Part shown: positions 22,955-33,021 of the stretch, piece after piece
How the letters are laid out: every line of letters starts with the position of its first letter
How positions within the stretch are numbered: the first letter of the stretch is position 1
Source: Blepharisma stoltei ATCC 30299
Lineage: Eukaryota > Protista > Ciliophora
Reading direction: 5' to 3'
Length of the DNA: 64,000 nt
Assembly: GCA_965603825.1 (NCBI GenBank)
Contig: CBFDEM010000018.1
Coordinates: 930,001 to 994,000, forward strand
Made by a program: the position numbers and the translations under genes
Notes under the pieces: generated by a model
The model's input: the letters and a program-made list of their open reading frames with translations, nothing else
The model's database searches: none
Told to the model about the DNA's origin: nothing

Positions 22955-24460
22955 ATGGTTATGAGAGCACGTGCCTGGCCTCTCGTTCGCTCCTTAGTGC
23001 GATTCAACTCCAACCTCACTACAACTCGCAATCCTTCAGCTTACGTTCTCGACCCAACTTCAGATGTTTCTCAATTTTCAAAGAGCAAGCTAGTTTACCA
23101 CGGAGAGCTCGAGGACGGAGTAATTCCTGAAGCACTCAAGTACTCGTATCCTTGCAACCAAACTACTCTTTCTAACGGACTTTTAGTTGCTACAGAAGCA
23201 AGCCACAACGCCTTAGCCCACTTATGCGTCGTTGTTAAAGCTGGTGTGAGAAATGAAAACTTCCAAGTCAATGGTATTGGTCACTTTGTAAGGAAACTTA
23301 GATTTAAAGGGACTGAACAAAGAAGCAAACTTCAGCTCGCAGGAGACGTCGAAAATATTGGAGGGGAGCTTAGAATTAAGGCTGGAAAAGAAGTCACTGA
23401 GTTCCACATTGAAGTCCCAAAGGCTTATACTGCAAAGGCAATGGAAATTCTTGCAGATGTAGTTCTCAGCTCTAAGTTCAACAAAAATGCTATTGAAGAG
23501 CAAAAGGCAGAAAGCTCTGAAGCACTTTTTGACACAGCAGATAATAAAAGGCTGATTTTAGAAAACATCCACTACACTGCATATAGAGATCACATGATTG
23601 GACAGCCAATTAGAGGAAACCAAAAAAGCATCCAAAATATTACTCAGGACGCTATTAAAGATTATATTGATGCACACTATATTGCTCCAAGAATGGTATT
23701 GACAGCTACAGGAAATGTAGACCACAAACAAATTGCTGAGCTAGGAGAAAAATACTTCGGAAAAGTTGCTAAGTCTGGAAGAGAAATCACAGGAGATGAT
23801 AGGCCAATTTTCACTCCTTCCACAGTCACAATCAGAGACGATGATGTCGATTTAGCTCATATGGGCATTTTCTTCCAAGCTCCATCATGGAACCATGAAG
23901 ACTTTTATGCTTTCCAAATGCTCGTAAGACTTTGTGGAGACTATGTTCCTGAAAGAGACTCAATCATAAATCATGCATGGCTACAATATAACTATTTCCA
24001 TACCTGGTTTGGAGAAATTGAAGATTTCGGAGGACACTCAAATCACTACTTCCCTTATAGCAATGCTGCAATATGGGGGCATTATACTCAAAGCTTAGAT
24101 TTGTCAGCCTTTATTTCCCCTCAAGCTTGTTTATGTGGAACAAAGCGCTACACTGACTATATTATGGAATCTGAGCTTTACAGAGCAAGAAATCGTTACT
24201 ACAACGACTTACTAAATAACACCAACTTAGGATCATGGTCAAGCGAAATCGGCCATGAATTATTGTACGCCAAGAGAAGAATCCCAAGATCTGAAGTCGC
24301 CAAAAGAATTTCTGTCATGGGCTCCAGACATTTGGAAAAGACCTTCGCTAAGTGGCTCTGGGATTGCGAGTTAGCTGTTGCAATGTATGGTCCAGTCTTC
24401 ATGCAGATCAGATTCCATAGTGTCTACCGAGGATACATGAATGGAGGTAACGTGTGGTAA
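22955..24460 (+). CDS. Mitochondrial processing peptidase beta / cytochrome bc1 core protein 1-like (M16B), zinc motif degenerate
   Basis: TTLSNGLLVATE, AGVRNE, NGIGHFVRKLRFKGT, HYIAPRMVLTATGNVDH, RRIPRSE; Arg-rich presequence; ATG22955 preferred over 22931 (AAAATG context). Confidence 0.88.
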   Translation: MVMRARAWPLVRSLVRFNSNLTTTRNPSAYVLDPTSDVSQFSKSKLVYHGELEDGVIPEALKYSYPCNQTTLSNGLLVATEASHNALAHLCVVVKAGVRNENFQVNGIGHFVRKLRFKGTEQRSKLQLAGDVENIGGELRIKAGKEVTEFHIEVPKAYTAKAMEILADVVLSSKFNKNAIEEQKAESSEALFDTADNKRLILENIHYTAYRDHMIGQPIRGNQKSIQNITQDAIKDYIDAHYIAPRMVLTATGNVDHKQIAELGEKYFGKVAKSGREITGDDRPIFTPSTVTIRDDDVDLAHMGIFFQAPSWNHEDFYAFQMLVRLCGDYVPERDSIINHAWLQYNYFHTWFGEIEDFGGHSNHYFPYSNAAIWGHYTQSLDLSAFISPQACLCGTKRYTDYIMESELYRARNRYYNDLLNNTNLGSWSSEIGHELLYAKRRIPRSEVAKRISVMGSRHLEKTFAKWLWDCELAVAMYGPVFMQIRFHSVYRGYMNGGNVW

Positions 24461-24683
24461 GTAATAGAACTTACTTATTTAATTTTTATTCTCATAAATT
24501 ATATAAGTCAAAATCAAAAAAAATGTCAGGACGTGAATTGTGTTAAATGGACAAAATTGGGTTTTTCACCCTCAAAATGTGAAGTAAATAATATAAATTT
24601 ATTTTCCAAGTTAAAAAATTATTATTAAATTATCTCCATTTCACTGGCATTCTAATTCCATTCTAAATTAATAAACCATAAAT

Positions 24684-25538
24684 ATGAGTTTTCAGCCTGA
24701 ATTAAGGCCTATCCTTCCTTCAATTAACCTTATTCCTGCACAAGAAGGCTGTATATACCCTATAATACCCATTTATTCGCCTCTTGTCCCAATTCCCATC
24801 CAAAATCTCCAACCAGAAGCAAAGCCCAAATATAAAAGGACGTGGAAGCGTAACCAGGTCGAAGCTTTATATGCCTTTGCAAAGCTCTATTGTGCGCAAA
24901 ATGGCAAAAGCCTCGAAAACCTGCAGCTTCCTGACTTTATTGAAATTGCAAAAAGCACTGATAAAACTGCTGAGCAATGCAGGGTGAAGCTCCATGAAAT
25001 CCATGCATCTGGCTCTTTGAGATCTGGGACTTGGTCCGAAGTCGAAGATGGAATGATAAAAGACATGGCTTTGAGCCAAAAACTGAAATGGGGGCAAATC
25101 GCAAGTCAGGTGAATTCGAAGGTTCATAAAAACATGAAAATAAGAACAGGAAAACAGTGTAAAGAAAGATGGAATAACCATCTTAATCCACATGTAAATA
25201 GAGGTGAGTGGACAGCAGTAGAAGATTTAAAGCTTTTAGAGCTTCATAAAGAACATAAAAATCATTGAAGTTTAATTTCTAAAGAAATGACAACAAGAAC
25301 TGAAAGTGCAATAAAGAACAGAATCAAGTCACTTATGAATAAAGAAATGCAAGATGTAAATAATATAAACAACCCGTCGGCAGCGGTTGATAGACTTATC
25401 ATGAAGAAGAAGATTGAAATTTCAAATCTTAAAGATGCACAGGATAACGCAAGTCCAGGAAGTGGCTCGAATTATAGTCGTGCTACAATGAAACAGCCAA
25501 CCTTTTCTGATCTTGCGATGGGATTGTTTCCTAACTAG
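24684..25538 (+). CDS. Multi-repeat Myb transcription factor (degenerate R1 plus R2R3)
   Basis: GTWSEVED...RTGKQCKERWNNHLNP...GEWTAVEDLKLLELHKEHKNH-W(TGA25266)-SLISKEMTTRTESAIKNR. Confidence 0.9.
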
Positions 25539-25565
25539 CTAAATAGTGTAAATAAAGCATTATAT

Positions 25566-26048
25566 TTAGTGTTTAAACAGAGCCCTTTTCTTCCAGTCGC
25601 TTTTCAAAAGACGTATGGGCCTATTGCAAATATATTTTCCATTCATTTCTTTCATAGCTTTTATGTAATCATCAACTGACCCAAAACTTATAAACCCATA
25701 TCCTTTACTTTCCCCTGATCTCTTGTCTAGGACAATTTTTACTTTCAGGACAGAAGGATATTTCCTGAATGCATTTTTTAGCTTCTCTTCTGTGACTTCG
25801 CTACCTAGATCCCCTACAAAAGCTCGATAGTCATTTTCTGGCCAGTCTTCCATAGTGGGATCAGTCCATTCTTCATCTCCAGATTTTCTAAAAACTCTTC
25901 TCTGGGTTTTCTTTTCTTCTTTTGTCTGTTTTGGTCTTATATTAGGCTGCTCTGGGGGCAAAGTAGCAGGAATAGGCATTCCGTTTGGAAGCTTAGATAG
26001 ACCTTCTCCTGTGCTAAGTTTTAACTTCTTAACTGGCTCTCCTTCCAT
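25566..26048 (-). CDS. RBM42: RNA-binding protein 42-like (RRM)
   Basis: WTDPTMEDWPENDYRAFVGDLGSEVT, SKGYGFISF, AMKEMNGKYICNRPIRLLKSDWK. Confidence 0.9.
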   Translation of the reverse strand: MEGEPVKKLKLSTGEGLSKLPNGMPIPATLPPEQPNIRPKQTKEEKKTQRRVFRKSGDEEWTDPTMEDWPENDYRAFVGDLGSEVTEEKLKNAFRKYPSVLKVKIVLDKRSGESKGYGFISFGSVDDYIKAMKEMNGKYICNRPIRLLKSDWKKRALFKH

Positions 26049-26296
26049 AATAAAAATAATATAGCAGTGATTCGAGAATTATCTCTCTGAAAAACAATCT
26101 TATAATGATTTCTCTTAATAATAGGAACTATTTGTAATAAACCAAAAAAACAGATTATATATTGTAGCTCTTTAAATTCGTCAATAGTATTTCCCTAGTA
26201 TCTATAAGTAATCGCACTAAATTTTCCTTTAATATTAAAGTATTATTAATGTCTCTGATAAAATACACTTTTAAAGTTTGAATTTTTTCTAAAATA

Positions 26297-28144
26297 ATGA
26301 TTAATTTAACTGGATTTTCAATCCCTGAATCTTTCGTCCGAGGAGAAAAGCCTATCCAATTCCGCACAATCAGGGCGATGAACAAAGACAAGCTCGAAGA
26401 AATCCGTCGAAAAGAAGTACGGCTCCGTCAGCAGCTAAGAGAAAGGTTTATTTCTGATAAATACAGTCCTACCCGGATATCAATACTTGAAAAACCCACT
26501 AAGCGATTCCATCAAAATGAGCTTTTTATCTCAAGCGAAAAAAAGAAAATTGTGAGGAGAGCACTCGATCTTAAAGCCAAAACAATCAAGTTTTCACGTC
26601 CCTCAACTTCCCCTAATAATGAAGGATTGCTATTGCAAACATGTGCACTTGTTCAGAGCAAAAATACTCACTCTGATGATAAACTGAGCATAAATCTGCC
26701 TTTATTTTTCTCAACCCCTCAGCTTCCGAAGATAAATAACACATTAGAAAACTGAAAAATCTGCAATGGGATACCGAAAGATTCAAAAATATTCATAATA
26801 AACGGGAATTACCCAGTTCTAAGAGAAGCTTTCTTGCAGAGAGGATGAGCAGAGAATACGGACCCTGAAAGCATGCATTTTGATATAAAGTGAGCCAGAA
26901 ACCCAAGAGTCCCAGCTGATATTCGTGACTGGCAAATGATCAATCATTTCCCACGGAACATTGAGCTGGCAGCTAAATGGAATTTTTGTGAAAACATAAA
27001 AAAGCTCCCCAAGAACACCAAATTCAACCCACTGAAATTCTTCCCTCGGTGCTTTAAAATTGGATCAAAAGAAAACGAAGAGTTCTATGAGCACTATAAA
27101 GCGTTAAAAGCATTAGGCATTCTTAAAAGCTACGTCGAGGGTAAAGAAGATTACTGCTATGAAAAAATATTAGTCTCTAGTAGAGTGTGCCAACGATGAG
27201 CATTTGACATAGAAAAGAACCCAACTGGTGAAAGAGCCAAACCTTTATCATTAGTCTTAACTATTGAGTGGAGAATTTTAAATTCAAACAACCAAAACGA
27301 AATGGCAAGCGAGCTTTCTAAGCTTCATTTACAAAGTATACCTTCTGCTCAAGACTTGCCTTCCTATGCAGCAAGCTCCCTTTCTGCTATAAAGAATGCT
27401 GATCCACAATTTTATATCAATGGCAAAAGAGATATCTGGATTGTAAAGCCAGGAAGAAAATCAAGAGGCAGAGGAATCGCTTTATTTGATAATATTGACC
27501 AAATAAGGCAATACACAAGCGGGTCAAAGTATTGGGTCATTCAAAAGTACATAGAAAACCCTTTGATAATTCAGAAGAAAAAATTCGACATAAGACAGTG
27601 GGTGCTTATCAGCAATTCAGACCCTTTAACTGTTTGGATTTACCAAGATTGCTACCTCAGATTTGCAGTTGATGACTATCAGCTTGACAGATTGGAAAAT
27701 AAATATATGCACTTAACAAATAACAGCATTGTAAAAAATTCTGATAATTTTGAAGATGCAGAAATCGTAGGCTGTATGTGACACATAAATCAGCTTAAAG
27801 AGTACTTTGAAGAGAATTGGCAGAGAAATGTATGGCAGGACGAAATTTTTCCAAAAATCAGGAAAATCGTAAAAATGTCACTTATGTCAGTAGGGAATTT
27901 AGGAAGAAGGCAATCGTCGTTTGAAATATTTGGGTATGATTTGATGATTGATGAAAATCTACAGCCTTGGTTGATAGAAATTAACTCAAGCCCAGCTATG
28001 GATTACAGCACACCAGTGACTGAAGTCCTTGTCAAAGAAGTCTTAAGAGATGCAGTCAAAGTTGTAATTGACCATGCAGCTGACGATAGCTGTGACACTG
28101 GCAAATTTGTCTTATGCTATAAAGCAAGATCCCGTATTAAGTAG
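26297..28144 (+). CDS. Tubulin-tyrosine-ligase-like protein, TTLL3/8-type (tubulin glycylase), 615 aa
   Basis: One frame through five TGA (26753, 26846, 26891, 27197, 27779); GNYPVLREAFLQRGW, INHFPRN, WIVKPGRKSRGRGI, KFDIRQWVL, HLTNNSI, FEIFGYD, WLIEINSSP. Confidence 0.88.
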
Positions 28145-28206
28145 AATAGATATCCCATATGTAAAAGAATTATATTTACAATAAATAAATATTATGCAAG
28201 CAATGA

Positions 28207-30651
28207 TTATTGCAAAATGCTTCCTCCAAGCCTTCTTCGCTGAGTTGCATTTTCAAGCTTCTGAGTTTCAATTCCAAGCTCTTTCCAAACATGCTTTAAC
28301 AGTTTAGCAGACTCTTTCCAGCACTTTTTGAGGTCTTTATTAGACTTGTGCAGCGTGACGATTTCTTTTTCTTTTTCTTCAAGTTTGCCATTGAGCTTGG
28401 CAATTTCATCTAAATAGCCCTGGATTTCTTTGGCAGTGTTTGCTTTGGTGATTTCGTTTATTGTATTGCTTTTTAGACATTTTAATTTAGCAGCAAGCTG
28501 TTCTCGCTCATTTTGAAGCTCATTCAAAGCTTCTTCTGTCTGTGTGATCATCTGAGTGATCTTTCTATCGTTTTCATATTTAACTCTGTCTAGCACTTCA
28601 TGGTGCTCTTCTTCTAGGATTTTGATAGTCTCAGCTTTATCTTTCAAAATTTCTTCGATTCTCTGATCTTTATCGTTTAGTCTCAAGGCAAGGCCAGCTT
28701 TTTCTGATTTTTCAGTTATAAGCTCTCTTTCTAGCTCAATGAATTTGATATGATAGTCTTCGTTGACTTCTTGTTTCTGTTTTTTTAATGATTCTATTAC
28801 TTCCATAGAGACTTTTTCTTTCTCAGTCAGCTCTTTGACCTTATCACTCAGCAATTTCTCATTGAGGGTCTTTTCTCTTATTTTTATTTCTTTTTCATTC
28901 GCAGTGTTTTGGAGAACTATTGTTTCTTCTCTACATTCAATAAACCGTCTGTACATTAAGTCTTTTTCCTCATGAAGCTTTTTGATTTCTTGTAGAAATC
29001 CTTCTTTAGATGATTTTAATTTATCGTATTCATATTGAAGCTGCTCCATCTTGACTTTGTCTGTTTGACTATTTGCAAGTGACTCTTGCAAGGCATTTAC
29101 TTGCATTTTCAGAGCGTTTATTTGCTCCATAAGATTACTAATGATTTTCGTTCTTTCAAATTTGTAAGATTCGAAATCTTCTTGAAGCATCTTTAGCCCT
29201 TCATTTTGGAGTTTGGACTTTGTTTTGTATTTTTCACATTTTTCTTCTATCATCGATTTCTCTTTGGCCATGGTATCCATGTGCTCAAGAGCTAGCGAGT
29301 TTGAAGGCCTTTTAGTTGTTGATCGATTGAAATCTTCTTTTTTATGCTCATTTTTTGCTAGCTCATTTATTTCTTCTCCTAGTACAGTTAGCCCAGTTAA
29401 TCCTCTATGATATGAAAATGAGTCATCACTCATATTTGACCCACACTCAAGCCTTCTTTCTATCTCCAGCTCCTGCATCTTGGTCTCTGCAAAATTTAGC
29501 TTATCTTCCAGATCATGGCATTGCTTTGTCAACTGCTTAATTTGCTTTTCCTTATTTTCTAACGCAAAAGCCAAAGACTCAGATTTTTCTTTTTCATGCA
29601 CCAGCTGGTCTTTTATAAAATTTGCCGTTTTTGCAGCTTTATTTAGGTCAATAATTTCTTCTTCTAACGAGCTTACCTTTTTTTGCAAATACTCACTTTG
29701 CTTCGTTACTTCAGATAGCTTTTTTGTTGCATTTACCATATTTTCGCATTTCTTTTTATATGTATGTAATTGCTTTTCTGCTTGTTGCAATCTAAAAACA
29801 TTTGAATTTGCGACGTCTAATTCATCTCTTAAGCTTGCAATTTCACTTTCATATCTTCTTTTAGCTTCACTTAGCTCTTCTTGTATTACTGATAGTTTGC
29901 CTTCTTTTTCACTGATTTTGGATTCTAGCTCTATAAAAGTAATATTAGGGGATAATAATGATGGTGATTTTCGCACCAATTCGCTTTCTAAATTGCAGTT
30001 CATTGCTTTCAGCTCATCTCTTTCACTGGCGATTTCATGCTTTTGTGTCGCCAGCTGTGATAGCTCTTCTTGCATTGCTTGGATTTTGTATGTAAGTCGC
30101 TTCTTTTCGTGTCGTAAAATGTGCACTTCTTTCCGCTCGGGGTCTGGAGGTGGTGGCTGATTTGTTGGAAGTTCATTTCCTAAGACTTTTTGAATAAAGA
30201 ACATAAGTTGCGTTTGGCATTTTTCATCCAATTGCATTATAGGATGAATGAAATTTTCTTTTTGAGGTGAATTTAATATTGCGAAAACAACGAGCTCCAT
30301 TAAGCTGACTATATCATCAGTTGACTCTTTTCTTGCTATATTTGCAAGGTCAATTTCTCCAAAACGATCATGAGGAGCTTGTACAACCTGGTCTAGATAA
30401 GAGTCAATTGTTTTTTTGAGCCTTCGGAGGTTAGCTAGCTTTAAAGCTCAGTTATCACGTGCATCAAGCGTTATGCACTCTATGTCAAAATGATCTGGCG
30501 ACCTTTATAAGTTTTACAGTTTAGCCATCAACTCATAGAGCAAAATGCCATCAGATAGTTCTGATATTTTTTCACAAGGATGGCTCAAATTCATTTTGTT
30601 AAGCTACATAAACCTTACCCATTGAATCAGACTGTAGGAAATATCGTCCAT
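28207..30651 (-). CDS. HOOK-family protein (N-terminal HOOK domain plus long coiled coil); 2 introns
   Basis: Spliced N-terminus SLIQW|LNKM...ELSDGILLYELMAKL|SPDHF...DN-W(TGA30448)-ALKLANLRRL matches the HOOK domain and runs in frame into ORF 28207-30300. Confidence 0.85.
30503..30517 (-). other. 15-nt intron (GTAAAACTTATAAAG)
   Basis: Removes an in-frame TAA in the HOOK domain; A at position 10. Confidence 0.85.
30604..30618 (-). other. 15-nt intron (GTAAGGTTTATGTAG)
   Basis: Removes an in-frame TAG after SLIQW; A at position 10. Confidence 0.85.
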
Positions 30652-30931
30652 TTAATTCTAAACTTTCTGTATTATATGCATTCAGTTGCTATCTTAGAAA
30701 TAAAATGTAAATAAAAAAAATTATTATTGAGGGAATGAAATGATGATTTTTGGGCGATCTTAAGAAAAATAAGCTTTCTTTTAGCTTTTTTCTTGATTTT
30801 GACAAAATAATTTAATTTTAGAGGGCGATATTTAATAACAAAATTAACTAACTAAAAATATTAACTGCAAATCTCTAAATGAATAAAAAAAACTTTAAAT
30901 AATTATAAGCAGCTAATTACTTTTGAAGATA

Positions 30932-32041
30932 TTAATGAATATGTGATTTATTTTGTCTGATTATTTTCGCAGTCAAAGCATAAGGCTCAGATTCATCAAT
31001 TTCAACTGAATTCTCAATGTCTTCCCACATTTTTCTGACTATGTCAAAATATGGATGGCCCATAGCTTCTTTAGGGAGCAGTCTATCTATATGGTCATAC
31101 ACAAACAATTTTGATAAAAGATCAATTGCTTGTGGATTCGCTAAATGGCTATTTTCATTTGTAACAAATAAATTAAGACTCTGCTTGCTTTGATATACGA
31201 TTTTTTTCTCAAGAGCCCTATCAATGTCTACCCTATGCTTTGCTATATACTCTCCTAAAGCTTCTGACCCTAAAACTGCAATAATCTTCATGAGCTGGTC
31301 TTCATTGTCTTCTCCTTGGAAAAATGGTTCTTTTTTGAAAACTATTCCAGCCATCATGCACGCCAGGCTTCAAGAATCAAGTGAATAATTATAATACCTA
31401 TGGCCTACTAAGAGCTCTGGGCCTTTAAAATATCTAGACGCGACCCTAACATGATATGGATGTCCATGAATGTAATATTCTGCCAAACCCCAGTCAATAA
31501 TCCTTATTTTTCTTTTGGGGTGGTCAAACATAATATTGTGTGGTTTGATATCTCTATGGATTACGCCTTTTGAATGGCAATAATCCAAGGTTTTAAGAAT
31601 TTCATACATATAGTATCTCACATCAAAGTCCCCTCATTGATTATAAAGCTCTCTGAAATCTTCACCTATAGAATACTCAATAATAAGTGCTGGAGTATTT
31701 GTAATTCGGTCCCTTACAATGTCGATAAATCTTGGGATTGATGGATGGCCTGTAAGCGTTTTTAATATGCTGATTTCTCTTGCTATTTTGTTTATGCCGA
31801 CTTGTCTTAAGAATTTTATAGTGACTCGATCATATGTCAATAGATTAACACCTTCATATACTTCAGCATATTTTCCTTGGCCGAGCTTGTTTACAATCTC
31901 ATAATCGTCAAGCCTGCCAATCTCAAAGGCCCGAAATTCATAATTATAAAAATCTCCTGGCACTCCTTTATTGACATTAGCGTAAAGTCTTGGTTGCATT
32001 CCATAGTTAAACCTCTTTAAAAGGTTTTTGATTCCAATCAT
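30932..32041 (-). CDS. Casein kinase II alpha-like kinase (divergent), 369 aa
   Basis: [47 protein letters not shown](TGA31370)-SLAC; second TGA at 31634. Confidence 0.9.
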
Positions 32042-32430
32042 AAATTTTTTAATTATTTTATAAAATTAATTAAAGTTGATTACAGCTAGAACGAATTCAA
32101 TATTGAATAATTAGAAGCTCTTAAAAGCTGTGGGATAGATGATAATACTATAAATTCTTAGAAAAAATTATTAGCTCTATATCATCAATTTGCAATTTAT
32201 TTATTGCGTAAAATAGCTTTCAAATTTTCGATTTGATTATTATAACAACACCTATAAATAATTTTAAAGTTTTCAAGAAGATTAAAAGCCTATTCAAATA
32301 TTCTTATATTCCAAACAAAGCAAATATCCCTAAAATAATTTTCCTCTATTGAATTTTTGCCTTTCACTTCTCTGCAAACACTCTTGATACTCCCAGATTA
32401 AATATAAATCACGAGTATAATAATACTTAA

Positions 32431-32967
32431 ATGTCAAGCATTTACAATTGGAATGTACCAATCACGGTGCCTCCAGTCCATGATACAACGCCGTGTATGG
32501 ATTACATGATTGCTTATGAAGAGTGCTTAGTAGATGCAGTTCCCCGCAATATGGAAGTCTTTCACCCTAATTGGCCTACCATGTGGCCTCGCCTTCTTAC
32601 AGATGGAAAACTAAGACCTGATCTTTTAGACGACGAAACAGCAGAAATTGGCCCTGTAATGGACAGAGCCTTTACCTGGATGAAGCCTCTCTCTGAAAGT
32701 GTAAAAGAAAAACTTTGGGAATGCGAAGAAGAAAGATTCCTCTATAAAGGCTGCCTTAGAAAGCTATTATCCAAAAAAAATGACCCTAGAACTAGATATC
32801 CATTTTGGCAGCCTGAAGAACACTCCACTAAAGCACTTGGGAGACGTTTATATGTAGATCCAAGAAATAGATATCCAAGTGATATGAATCATGATGTCAA
32901 AGAAAGCGACCAAGATTATGTCAGAAGACGATGGGCTAAATTTGTTGAGGAAGGAGGAGACTTATAA
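32431..32967 (+). CDS. Twin-CX9C protein, probable mitochondrial intermembrane-space/respiratory-chain subunit
   Basis: CMDYMIAYEEC and CEEERFLYKGC are both CX9C; 7 Trp, all TGG. Confidence 0.7.
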   Translation: MSSIYNWNVPITVPPVHDTTPCMDYMIAYEECLVDAVPRNMEVFHPNWPTMWPRLLTDGKLRPDLLDDETAEIGPVMDRAFTWMKPLSESVKEKLWECEEERFLYKGCLRKLLSKKNDPRTRYPFWQPEEHSTKALGRRLYVDPRNRYPSDMNHDVKESDQDYVRRRWAKFVEEGGDL

Positions 32968-33021
32968 ACCCAAAACATTCTTAAGACTAAGAATCAGTTT
33001 ATTAAATACAGGCAATTTATA

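Noticed and set aside
31444-31451. CCCTAACA, matching the heterotrich telomere repeat unit
   Set aside because: Single copy inside the conserved CK2 HVRVA codons; no tandem array.
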